In this document: one piece after another, positions 13,401 through 24,829 of the stretch
Position numbering within the stretch: position 1 is the stretch's first letter
How the letters are laid out: every line of letters starts with the position of its first letter
Origin: Azolla caroliniana
Lineage: Eukaryota > Plantae > Polypodiophyta
Reading direction: 5' to 3'
Assembly: GCA_043228905.1 (NCBI GenBank)
Contig: JBHGNT010000168.1
Coordinates: forward strand, 1 to 62,033
DNA: 62,033 nucleotides
Notes under the pieces: model-generated
Seen by the model: the letters and a program-made list of their open reading frames with translations, nothing else
Told to the model about the DNA's origin: nothing
Databases searched by the model: none
Translations under genes and position numbers: made by a program

Positions 13401-13855
13401 GCCCACAGACTGCAAACTATCACTATATCACAATGTACAATAGTAAAAGTGCCGAGGCAACGACCTCGAGCTTGCTATCTTCACCACAGGCGGTGGTTAC
13501 AATAGAGGCAACGACCTCTTCCTCTCTCTCTCTCTCTCTCTGTACAGAGTTACGCACTCTAGTCTTGCACCAACAAGAATGAATACTACGACCAAAGTTT
13601 GCCCTAAGTCATATTTATACTAATATGACTTTTCGGCTATTTACAAATATAGCCCCAATGGACTCTCCGAAACATATTTACGAATATGTCCCTTCATCCA
13701 GTGAGCACTCCTCACCGGGCCTGCATCATCCGGCTCTTGCCGGGCACTCATCATCTGGTTCTCACCGGGTCTTCCGTTGCCGGGTACTCCACATCCGGTT
13801 GCCTCATCAACATTGTTCTTCTCACTTCCCATCCGGAGGGACCTGTTTTCTAACA
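10407..13855 (-). mobile_element. 3'-truncated, internally deleted Ty1/Copia (family B, Tnt1/Tork-like) with 5' LTR
   Basis: LTR 13249-13855 (minus-strand start TGTTAGAAAACAGGTCCCTCCGGATGGG); PBS 13234-13245; gag from 13218; deletion at ~12060 joins DDEGYTG to KGIWLEFT; RT with YVDDML ends ~10407. Confidence 0.9.
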
Positions 13856-15541
13856 GATGCGACGTCATATGGTTCGAGGCACCGGAATCGACGAACCATA
13901 CGACTTCTGGACCGAAGGCACTAGTGGAAGTAGAGGCCGACATAGAATACGCTCTATGTCTCATCACGAACATTCCGCCGCCATCATCATAATCGGAGTT
14001 GATGACATAGTTGGTGAGTTGTCGGCTAGTGGAAGCCGACTTGCGTATCATCTTACGGCATTCTTCTTCGTGGTGACTGATTTTTCCACAATATCCGCAT
14101 TCGACCGAGCTTTGTCGGTTCGGGCCGGAATGGAAGTTCCCCCTTCTTCCGAAGGTTCCTCGATGGCTTCCGTCTTGATGCGGAAATTGCCAGTTGTTTT
14201 CGTAAATCGGGCCTTGTCTGCCTCGTTCGCCACGTCCTTGGACGAATCGGCCTCTTCTTGCACGACCGCGTCCTCTTTCTCCGTCCGAATGCTCGTAGAT
14301 CATTTGGCCTTCCGAGGTGTTGTTCCTTGTTCGAACATGATTCTCTTCAACCAACAACATGGATTGAAGATCGAAGAAGGAGGGTGGATTCTCCCGTGCT
14401 AGTACGACGATCCACATCGCGCCGAATCGTGGTGCAAGGCCGCTGAGGCATATTTGCACCATCTCATCATCGTCCACATTGACGCTTATCGAGCCAAGTG
14501 AGTCACAAAGCTCCTTGATCTTCAAGATGTAGCTTGTAATGGACATATCCCGTTGTTGAATGTTATTCAACTCTTGGCAGAGTTGAAGCTTTCTCGCAGT
14601 CGTGTTGGCGGCGAAAATCTTTCATAGATTCTCCCACGCTTCTTTCGGCGTCTCGGCTTCTCGAATGTAGCCAAGCATGTGGTCGTGAACACATGTCGCC
14701 AAGCAATACATCACTTGGCTTGCCGCTTGCTCCCACAATGCATAGTCGGCGTCTTCCGGCTTGGGTGGATTTTCTTGTGCTCCCTTGATGTAACCCCAAT
14801 AGCCTTGGCCGACAAGGTATTGGTGCATCTTGTACTCCCAAGATGCGAAGTTGTTTCGGTCCAACTTCTCGCTAGGGAGAGCGCTCCCCATTTGAGTATT
14901 CATTGTCGATTAAGCTTTCTTTCTTCTTTTCCTTCTCTCTCGAACACGAACTATGTACTGGTACTTCTTTAATGTTGGTGTAGAGCCGGTTCTTCTTTAA
15001 TGTTGGTGTAGAGCACAACACACGATCACGATGAGGCGAGTGGGCTCGATCAAGTTACCAAATCTCTCTAATACCATGTAAAGAATCAGATATGATTCTT
15101 GTGTAGCGGAATAGATGTGTGTTATGTGTGTATATGTGTGAGAGAAGAAGAGTGGAGAGAAAAGAGAACTCAAGATAGATAAATGATAGGAAAATAGAAT
15201 ACTCAAGAAGAAGGTGTATATTTCACAAGTAGAATCAGATTTACAAAATGTAGCATAATCAGGAGTCACAACCGACTTAGTATGAAGTATGAGGAGGGTG
15301 CTTTATATAGAGTCACCCTCTCTCTTCATTAACTTTACAACAACCACTCTCTCTCTTGGGGAATGTGAAGACTCATATTCATGGGGAATATGTAACTCAT
15401 TAGTTATGTGTCATAGAATATGATTCTATGACACATAGTTAATGTGTAGAGAGTAGTGGTGTGACTCTTGACCTTTGAGTAATCATGGATTCTCAAAAGG
15501 TGTGTTCACATGTTGCACTATGTTGAGCTTGAATCTCAACA
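13856..15541 (-). mobile_element. 5' part of a Copia family A copy (LTR 15077-15541, gag, start of protease), interrupted by the family B element
   Basis: LTR homologous to 783-1184; degenerate PBS at ~15066-15076; gag MNTQMGSALPSEKLDRNNF; reading frame cut at VDSGASNHMTSH. Confidence 0.9.
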
Positions 15542-16110
15542 CAATCTATACCCATTGATGGCGATAAACCCTTAAGGGGCCGTGAACGTAGTCGAGAAAA
15601 CCAACCCGAACTTATGGCATGCCTACTTGGCGATATGTCTCAAGACAGACTTGATCGACTAATGGCAGTGGCCTACATCCCGAAACTCCAAGTGAAGATA
15701 GACTTCTGCGACCATTATCAATATGGGAAATAAACCCAAAGTCCGCACACTCTCCATTACAAGACGGTACGACAACCCCTAGAGCTCGTGCACATAGACA
15801 TATCTGGGCCCATGCCAGAGCGATCACTAGGAGGCTCCCGGTACTTCATCACATCCGTAGATGACTGTACACGGAGAGTTTGGGTATACTCCATCAAGTC
15901 CAAAGATGAAGCGTTTGAGTTCTTCACTCGTTGGATATCCAAATTGGAGAACCACTTGGGATACAAAGTGAAGACACTCCGATCCGACAACGGAGGTGAG
16001 TATAGCTCCAGAGCCTTCAAACAGTACTTATCCGAAAAAGGGATCCGACACCAAAAGACTGTTCCCTACACACCCATGCAAAATGGAGTGGTTGAACGGA
16101 TCAATAGGAT
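15542..16110 (+). pseudogene. Copia family C integrase, segment 1
   Basis: LELVHIDISGP..FITSVDD..LRSDNGGEY..TPMQNGVVERINR; frame resumes at 30830 (MIQERATTML). Confidence 0.9.
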
Positions 16111-19100
16111 AACACGTTCGCGTTCACAAGTGGAAGGATTGCGCATTCCACTTGTAGAATCTTCTTAAAACGAAGCAAATACACCCTCTCTACAAAAATT
16201 GGATGCACTAGTATCACATGTTCCTCAACTTGATGAGAATTTGCAAATATAAAAATACATGATAGATCTACGAGTGGAGATCATTAGAAATCATGCAAGT
16301 TTAGACATGTTGATAAGTTAATGTAGGCATAATAAAGTTCAACTATGGCTCAATATGGCACTATTGTGCGACAAGGGAAACACTAACTTAAAGACTTATA
16401 TTAATTAGGTAGGTTTTACAAAAATATGAGGTGTACTTGTATCCATACTAATAAAATGAGATATAATTTATAATTTGACCCATACGTGCATGTATGTAAT
16501 TGTGGAAAATGTAGGATAGTGCACATTAGGATAAGTGATTGGAATAACTAACTTATTAAAGTATTCAATACTTGTATTTAAATTTGATCTAATCTATTCC
16601 TCAGTTTGTTCATATGGGATCAAACCATATGTGTATATAATTGTGCACAATGTAAGGTAGTGAACTTTAGGATATTGTCGTGGAAATAACAAACCTATTA
16701 GGCTTTCATACCTGTATTTAAAATTGATCTACTCTATTGCTTAGGTGATTCACACAAGATCAAACTCCGAACGATAACGCAACTGGAACCATTATCAACA
16801 CACTACACAATCTAAGCAGCAATGGAATAGAAACATAATAGTTTTAACAATAGAAGACAAAGATCCATAATAACAACATGGACAGTCATGGCAACAATTA
16901 TAGGGCCATGTTCTGTTAAGGTTAGCTTGGACCAAAATCAGCCTCCATTTAAACTAGTTCATGTTTCTCCATAAGTTTGGTAGTCAGCTATGCACGCGGT
17001 GAAACCAATGTCATAAATCTACTAATCAAGTATATAAAAATAAAATTGAAACATATAGAAGATTATAAAGAATAGAATCCACTAGGTAAAACCCAAAATT
17101 TATATTAATAATGTGAAATCTTAACAAATCGTCAGTGTCATATTCTTTATAGAGTCTATTACATAGCAATCAATTCATCAACGTCATTTTCTTCATCATC
17201 TTGTGTAGAACTGTCTTCGGCTATACGTGCATTGGTTTCCCCTGTTAGCCGAGCCAACGAAATATCTTCTATAAGCTCATCATCAAGCTCTATTAGCTCC
17301 CCCGGTTCGCCGGCTAACGGAGGAATAGGCTCTCGCGAAGCAGGTTGAAACCTTTCTGTATTGGCGAGGTTCTTTGCACCGACCTCCTCATCCTGGTCTG
17401 GGCACTCCCACAAAGCCTTAATCCGCATATTAATAAATATAACTTGGTCCTCGTCCTTCTCCAATGCAACTGTATTTCTAAACAGCTTCAATGCACATGC
17501 TGACGTAGTTCCTGTGATGTAAGTAACAAGAAGATTTAGTTGTCAAACGAAAAAAAAGTGATTGGTTATCTCAAGATCGTTACCCTAGTTCGAGGAATAC
17601 CTGTGCCAGAAAAGAGATCTAATATCCAGTCTCCTTCGACAGAAAACATCTCGATCAAGCGCATCATAAGTCGTTGAGGTTTTTGGTATGGATTGACAAG
17701 TCCCCGTTCTGTCGTGGTGACATGTCGCAATTTCCGAGTCACTGCTGGATATACCAACAAATTTGAACCTCCAACTTCATTAGAATGCTCTTTGATTCTC
17801 TGTTTCTTAATTTCATCGAAGTAGCCAACCGTTATGTATTCAATGGCATTAACGAACCGAAAAGTTGGCCCTCTATTTACATTGGTCTTGATCCTATAAA
17901 AAATAATTCATCGAGTTAAGAATAGATTCAACAACCTTAAGAATTGCAATATAGTGAAAGACACTTATAAATAATCCATACCATGCAAGGTTCTCGATGC
18001 CATGGCAACGAGATCTCAAAGCTTGAGCTACCGAGTACCCTTGGTCCATACTATGAAAGACAACTATTCGCCACAAGGATGCGGTCGTTAGCTCAGCGAA
18101 ATCCTTGACCATCTTCTCCAATTGTTTAAACCTAAACGGTTCATCGTCGTATGATGACCCAGCCATTCGAAATCTGTAAGGAATATCTGTAATCATTAGC
18201 GTATATTCCTTCTTTGGCACCTTCTGGATCAAGTCGATGACATCACCGCAAACCACATTGTAGTAAAGATCTCTCGTAATATCTTTTTTGTGGCTAAATT
18301 TTTTAAACGAGCCATCTTCCTCCATTTCGTACGCCTTGACTAAGCGACGATCCTTTTCTTTTCTGGCTCGCTCGAGATGTGCAAGGAAGGATGTGGGGAA
18401 ATCGTGTATATCCTTAACTTCTCCTTGTTTCTTGCCTCGACACGGTTTCTAATAGAAGCAATAGGACATCAGGTATTATTATACAAGCTCTACATATGAT
18501 GAAAGGGTAATGAAAAAACATGAATACTAACCCAATCCTTGAATGCAATAAAATACTCTGATAACGCCTTATACGAAGACGTTAGAGGATAATCCTCGGT
18601 CACATGTTCCCAAGTTATACATCCAAGTTGTTTCATCATAACTTCTTGGATCTTCATGTACACCTTATGACTGTAAAATTAGAAATCAAGATTAGAACTT
18701 TGAATTACACCAGATAGACTACAATTTAAGTATTTGAAAGACTTACTTATTGAACTCAGTGACCATTTCTTCAAGGCTTAAATCTTTCGCCACAACCCTT
18801 GACAAAACCGACACAAGAAGCTGCTCGTCCTTAATACCTTGCATCGCTCTCCATAGAGACAGCTTCATGTCATCTGCCGCTTCTTCAATTGTCAAGTCAA
18901 TTTTCTTGGCAGCTTGTGACTTTAACTCTAGTTGAGGGTCAACCCTACATTTCTTTTGTCATTGACCCTTTACCTCCTTATTCTCCCACATTGAGAAGAT
19001 TTGATCTTGTAGGTCCCATACTTCTCCATCTCTAAACGCCAATTGAAACCAAGACTCATACTTTCGAAGACCATCGGACCTAACATTATCATCTACCACA

Positions 19101-19411
19101 ATGCCGACTTCATGCAGACATTGACGTCGAAGGCCTGGATGTAACTTCACACCAAACTTTTGTTTCACATCTAAATACTCGTGGTGGAAGAACCGTATAC
19201 GCTCAATAGACGACATTTTCTGCCTATAGTCATTATCATTATTATGGTCCCATGCCAACAGCTTAGCCTCTTCGGTTGTGAGCCCAACATAAATTTTGCA
19301 CTCGGCATACTTGAAGAAGAAAGTGGTTGGATGTTCTCTCACAAGTTGCCGACGTGCCTCTGCTGAATGCGATCCACCAATGACAAAATAATTATATTGA
19401 TCATGCTTTCT

Positions 19412-22400
19412 TGTTGGGATTACGGTCCCTCCGGATGGGATGGTCGGATGTCCGGCAATCGGGAATGAAGACCCGAATGAGGAGAACCCGGTTCCGGATC
19501 CGGATGATGAAGACCCGGTTTCGGATCCGGATGATGAAGACCCGGTTCCGGATCCGGATGACGAATGTACCCGGAGAGAGATCCGGATGCGGGGACATAT
19601 TTGTGAATATGTTTGCCAAGGGCCCTTGTGGCTATATTTGTAAATAGCCCGAAAGTCATATGTGTATAAATATGACTTAGGGCAAACAGTTTAAAAAGGT
19701 TGTTGCGCATTTTTCTGTTTTCTCACTTAGAGGGAGCGAAGTGAGAGCAGCCGAGAGAGAGAGAGAGAGAGAGAAAGGAAGAGGTCGACACCTCTGTGTA
19801 ATACCGCCGCCTGTGGCGAGGACAGCGAGCTCAAGGTCGTCGCCTTGCAGCTCGCCATTGTACATTCCCTACGTATAGTGGTAGTTGGAGTCTTGCACTC
19901 CCGTGGTTTTTCCCGTCTAGGGTTTTCCACGCTAAACCCTGTGCATTTGAGTCTCTCTCTGTGTTTTTCGATTTACTGCTGCATTGATCCGTGTTTCCTC
20001 GGTTGTGGCCGAGAGAAGAAGGTTTCGAAAGCGTCATTTCCTAACAATCTGGTATCAGAGCGACTGCAGTGCAGAAAATGGAAGGTGGCAGCAGCGGGCA
20101 GCCGGGGATGATGGTGCTGAATGCGCAGAACTACGCCGACTGGAAGATAAAGATGGAGGATCTGCTCATTGTTCGGGACCTGTATGAACCGATCGACAGG
20201 TCGGAAATAACCAAGGGGGTGCTTGAGACGGAATGGAGGCTTCTGAACCGGAAAGCCGTTGCAACCATTCGGCAATACGTCGATGTGAGCGTTCTACAAC
20301 ATGTGGCTAACGACACCAACGCATATGAGATGTGGCGGAAGCTGTCGAGCCTCTACGAGAGGAAGAATGCGTTGAACCGGACCTCCCTGATGAGGAAGAT
20401 AGTGAACCTCAAGTACCGGGACGGCGAGAGCATGGTGGAACACGTAAGCACGTTCATGGGTTTCGTGAACCAGCTTGCGGCGATCAAGTTCCCATTGGAG
20501 GATGCAATGCAAGCCATCATCCTGATGTGTACATTGCCGGAAAGCTGGGAGAACTTGGTGGTGACTCTCAGCACCTCCTGCACCAAAGATAACTTGTCCC
20601 TACAAACGGTAAAGACAAGCATTTTGAACGAAGAAGCGCGTCGGAGAGATAAAGAACCGGCCTCCGATCCGAAGATGCTGCTTTCCGAATCGGATCGGGG
20701 AAGACAACGGAACCGGAGTCCGCAAAGACGGGAGAAGTCGGGGACCCGGTCGCAGTCAAGAGGAAGGCCCACATGCTTCCACTGTGGGAAGTCGGGGCAC
20801 TTCCGAAAGAATTGTCGGCATTACCGAAAAGACAACGGAGCCGACGATACCGATTCGAAGAAGTCTTCGGAACGGAACGGTGCTTATCGGGGAGCCACGG
20901 ACCGAAATGGTTCGGATCGGAGAGGGCAGGACCGGAAAGGAACGACGGCACTCGCGGCAAGTGAAGAGGAGATCATGCTCATCACCGAAGAAGGTGAACT
21001 AAACATTGCCGGCGATGAGACTACCTGGGTGGTCGATTCCGGAGCGTCGTTCCACCTGACCCCGGAAAGAAGATACTTCTCATCCTACACAGCCGGTGAG
21101 CATGGCTGTGTTCAGATGGGAAATGAAGGTACGTGCCGGATTGCCGGCATAGGAGACGTGTGGTTGACAACCTGGACCGGATGCAAAATGTTGCTGAAGG
21201 ATGTCCGACACGTTCCGGAGGTTCGATTGAACCTGATTTCGGCCAGGAGGCTAGACGATGAAGGCTACACAGGTAGCATCCGGAACGGCGTAATGAAGTT
21301 CAGCAAGGGGAGCCTAATAGTGGCTCTGGCTCGGGCCCGGAAAGTCAACACACTGTACCTTATGAATGCCTGGCTGTGTCCGGAAGAGTTGAACGTGGCA
21401 GCCGACACTGCCGGTGAGCTGTGGCACAAGAGACTGTGCCACATGAGTGAGAAGGGGATGAAGAGGCTTGCAAAAGACAACCTTATTCCAGTGAAGCATG
21501 TGCACCTGGAGAAGTGCACCGATTGCCTGGCCGGTAAGCAGAACCGAACCTCCTTCCACTCAAGGCCACCGACGAGACGTAGCGCACCATTGGAGTTGGT
21601 GCACACTGACGTGTATCAAGTAGAAACGAAGTCACATGGCGGAGCTCAGTACTTCGTGACATTCATTGATGATCACAGTCGGAAGCTGTGGACGGCACCG
21701 TTGAAGACAAAGGACCATGTGTTGTGCGTCTTCAAAGAACTCCACGCGAGAGTGGAAAGGGAGTCCGGCAAGAAGCTGAAAGCGATACGAGCGGATAACA
21801 GAGGGGAATACCGGGGGCAGTTCGCGGAGTACTGTCGCTCGAAGGGAATCCGGCTCGAGTTTACTGTGCCGAAGACGCCGGAACTGAACGGGCTGGCCGA
21901 GAGGATGAACCGGACCATAATGGAGAGGGTCCGGAGTATGCTGGCGCATGCGAAATTACCCAAGGGGTTTTGGGCTGAGGCAATGTCGACGGTGACATAC
22001 GTGATAAATAGATCACCCTCAGTACCTTTAGACGGAGACACGCCGCAGAGAGTGTGGACCGGTAGGGAAGTATCCTACCGGCATCTGAAGGTGTTCGGGT
22101 GTCTCGCATATGTGCATGTGGCAAAGGACCGGAGAGGAAAGCTAGATCCAAAGACCCGGCCATGCATATTCCTCGGTTACGGCGATGATGTGTTCGGCTA
22201 CCGAGTATGGGACCCGGTCGACAAAAAGATATTCTGGAGTCGTGATATCATCTTCATGGAGGACAAGACACTCGCCGACTGGGAGTCGGAGAAGAAGATG
22301 AAGAGCTCCAAGTCGACCGGTGAGGATCAACTCTACGAGGAGCAGTCCCGACCGGCAAGGGACCGGTTAGCACTCGAGGATCCGGCCGAAGACGGTGAAG

Positions 22401-24829
22401 AAACAGAACCGGCCGAGGAAGATGAAACTGATACCGGAACCGGCCCCGATCCCGAAATGGATTCGGATGAAGAGGAAACGGAGGAGCCGGTTACCGAAGC
22501 TCCGGAACGGAGATATCCTCTAAGAGAGAGAAGGGCCCCCCGGAGATTTCCGGAACCAGAGCACGTGCTGCTAACCGACGAGGGGGAGCCAGAGAGTTTT
22601 GAAGAAGCAAAGCTTGACACCCATAGCCGCAGGTGGTTAAGTGCCATGCAGGAGGAGATGGATTCCCTGCATGAGAACCACACATATGAACTTGTGGAGT
22701 TGCCGAAAGGAAAGCGGGCACTTCGAAACAAGTGGGTGTTCAAGCTGAAACCGGGAGATGTCGGAAACCCCCCGAGATACAAAGCCAGGATCGTGGTGAA
22801 GGGGTTCCAGCAGAAGAAGGGCGTCGACTTCGACGAGATATTTGCCCCGGTAGTGAAGATGACCTCCATCCGGACAGTGCTGAGCATAGCGGCAAGCATG
22901 GACCTCGAGGTAGAACAAATGGACGTGAAGACGGCATTCCTTCACGGTGACCTCGAAGAAGAGATCTACATGCAGCAACCGGAAGGATTCGAGAAGAAAG
23001 GGAAGGAGCACCTGGTATGCCGGTTGAAGAAGAGCCTTTACGGACTGAAGCAGGCTCCCCGGCAATGGTACCGGAAGTTCGACTCTTTCCTGACCGACGA
23101 AGGGTACCACAAAACGCAGTCCGATCACTGCGTGTTTGTGAAGAAGTTCGAAGGAGGAGACTTTCTAATACTCCTCCTGTACGTGGACGACATGTTGATC
23201 GTCGGACGGGACCAGGTCAAGATACGGATGCTGAAGAAAGCGCTTCACCGAACCTTCTCAATGAAGGACCTGGGTCCGGCGAGACAAATACTAGGGATGC
23301 ACATCATCCGGGACCGGAAGAAGAAGCAGTTGTGGCTGTCACAGGAGAAGTACGTGACAAAGGTGCTTCACCGGTTCAACATGTCGGAAGCAAGACCGGT
23401 CGGGTCAACCCTCCCGGCAAACTGCAAGTTGTCCAGCAAGCAAAGCCCCAAGACAAAGGCTGAGAAGGAGGACATGATGAAAGTACCATATGCCTCTGCC
23501 GTCGGAAGCTTGATGTACGCAATGGTGTGTACAAGACCGGACATAGGATATGCAGTCGGAGTGGTGAGCCGGTACATGAGCAATCCCGGCAAAGAGCACT
23601 GGAACGCGGCCAAGTGGATACTCCGATACCTGAAGGGCACGGCAAACGTGTGCCTCCGATTCGGCTCCGGTAAGCCCGAACTCGACGGCTTTACCGATTC
23701 GGATATGTCGGCTGATGCAGATACCAGCCGGTCCACATCAGGGTATGTGATGACGTATGCAGGGGGAGCTGTTTCGTGGCAGTCGAGGCTGCAGAAGACG
23801 GTTGCATTGTCAACCACGGAGGCGGAGTACATGGCGGCTGTTGAAGCCGGCAAGGAAATGATATGGATGAAGGACTTCATTAGAGAGCTTGGTATCCGGC
23901 AGGAGGAGTACCGACTCTACTGCGACAGTCAGAGTGCCATCCACCTTGCGAAGAACGCGGCCTATCACTCCCGGACGAAGCACATCCAGCGAAGATATCA
24001 CTGGATCCGGGAAAGGATAGAAGACCAGGAGTTCGTGCTGACGAAGATCCACACGGACGAGAACGGGTCAGACATGCTGACCAAAGTGCTCACACCCGAC
24101 AAGCTGGAAGCGTGCCGGAAGAGGGTCGGACTGGAAAGACATCCCATGCCGAAGTGAAGGGGGAGTTTGTTGGGATTACGGTCCCTCCGGATGGGATGGT
24201 CGGATGTCCGGGAATCGGGAATGAAGACCCGAATGAGGAGAACCCGGTTCCGGATCCGGATGATGAAGACCCGGTTTCGGATCCGGATGATGAAGACCCG
24301 GTTCCGGATCTGGATGATGAAGACCCGGTTCCGGATCTGGATGACGAATGTACCCGGAGAGAGATCCGGATGCGGGAACATATTTGTGAATATGTTTGCC
24401 AAGGGCCCTTGTGGCTATATTTGTAAATAGCCCGAAAGTCATATGTGTATAAATATGACTTAGGGCAAACAGTTTAAAAAGGTTGTTGCTCATTTTTCTG
24501 TTTTCTCACTTAGAGGGAGCGAAGTGAGAGCAGCCGAGAGAGAGAGAGAGAGAGAGAAAGGAAGAGGTCGACACCTCTGTGTAATACCGCCGCCTGTGGC
24601 GAGGACAGCGAGCTCAAGGTCGTCGCCTTGCAGCTCGCCATTGTACATTCCCTGCGTATAGTGGTAGTTGGAGTCTTGCACTCCCGTGGTTTTTCCCGTC
24701 TAGGGTTTTCCACGCTAAACCCTGTGCATTTGAGTCTCTCTCTGTGTTTTTCGATTTACTGCTGCATTGATCCGTGTTTCCTCGGTTGTGGCCGAGAGAA
24801 GAAGGTTTTGAAAGCGTCATTTCCTAACA
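19412..24829 (+). mobile_element. Intact, young Ty1/Copia (family B, Tnt1/Tork-like)
   Basis: LTRs 19412-20046 and 24168-24829; TSD TTTCT; PBS 20050-20061; PPT GAAGGGGGAG 24156-24165. Confidence 0.97.
20069..24157 (+). CDS. Copia gag-pol polyprotein, 1362 aa, uninterrupted
   Basis: CFHCGKSGHFRKNC, WVVDSGASFH, HHCC zinc finger, integrase core, [16 protein letters not shown], RNase H TDSD..STTEAEY..KHI. Confidence 0.97.
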   Translation: MQKMEGGSSGQPGMMVLNAQNYADWKIKMEDLLIVRDLYEPIDRSEITKGVLETEWRLLNRKAVATIRQYVDVSVLQHVANDTNAYEMWRKLSSLYERKNALNRTSLMRKIVNLKYRDGESMVEHVSTFMGFVNQLAAIKFPLEDAMQAIILMCTLPESWENLVVTLSTSCTKDNLSLQTVKTSILNEEARRRDKEPASDPKMLLSESDRGRQRNRSPQRREKSGTRSQSRGRPTCFHCGKSGHFRKNCRHYRKDNGADDTDSKKSSERNGAYRGATDRNGSDRRGQDRKGTTALAASEEEIMLITEEGELNIAGDETTWVVDSGASFHLTPERRYFSSYTAGEHGCVQMGNEGTCRIAGIGDVWLTTWTGCKMLLKDVRHVPEVRLNLISARRLDDEGYTGSIRNGVMKFSKGSLIVALARARKVNTLYLMNAWLCPEELNVAADTAGELWHKRLCHMSEKGMKRLAKDNLIPVKHVHLEKCTDCLAGKQNRTSFHSRPPTRRSAPLELVHTDVYQVETKSHGGAQYFVTFIDDHSRKLWTAPLKTKDHVLCVFKELHARVERESGKKLKAIRADNRGEYRGQFAEYCRSKGIRLEFTVPKTPELNGLAERMNRTIMERVRSMLAHAKLPKGFWAEAMSTVTYVINRSPSVPLDGDTPQRVWTGREVSYRHLKVFGCLAYVHVAKDRRGKLDPKTRPCIFLGYGDDVFGYRVWDPVDKKIFWSRDIIFMEDKTLADWESEKKMKSSKSTGEDQLYEEQSRPARDRLALEDPAEDGEETEPAEEDETDTGTGPDPEMDSDEEETEEPVTEAPERRYPLRERRAPRRFPEPEHVLLTDEGEPESFEEAKLDTHSRRWLSAMQEEMDSLHENHTYELVELPKGKRALRNKWVFKLKPGDVGNPPRYKARIVVKGFQQKKGVDFDEIFAPVVKMTSIRTVLSIAASMDLEVEQMDVKTAFLHGDLEEEIYMQQPEGFEKKGKEHLVCRLKKSLYGLKQAPRQWYRKFDSFLTDEGYHKTQSDHCVFVKKFEGGDFLILLLYVDDMLIVGRDQVKIRMLKKALHRTFSMKDLGPARQILGMHIIRDRKKKQLWLSQEKYVTKVLHRFNMSEARPVGSTLPANCKLSSKQSPKTKAEKEDMMKVPYASAVGSLMYAMVCTRPDIGYAVGVVSRYMSNPGKEHWNAAKWILRYLKGTANVCLRFGSGKPELDGFTDSDMSADADTSRSTSGYVMTYAGGAVSWQSRLQKTVALSTTEAEYMAAVEAGKEMIWMKDFIRELGIRQEEYRLYCDSQSAIHLAKNAAYHSRTKHIQRRYHWIRERIEDQEFVLTKIHTDENGSDMLTKVLTPDKLEACRKRVGLERHPMPK

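Noticed and set aside
17159-19400. Bacterial contamination as the source of the methylase
   Set aside because: Canonical spliceosomal introns and embedding within TIRs and nested plant retroelements with clean TSDs
19401-20111. Short ORFs within the Copia LTRs (also 24112-24820)
   Set aside because: Artefacts of the 27-bp repeat and GA tract; no protein-like features
20131-24052. Many antisense and alternate-frame ORFs over gag-pol
   Set aside because: Shadow ORFs of a GC-rich coding strand
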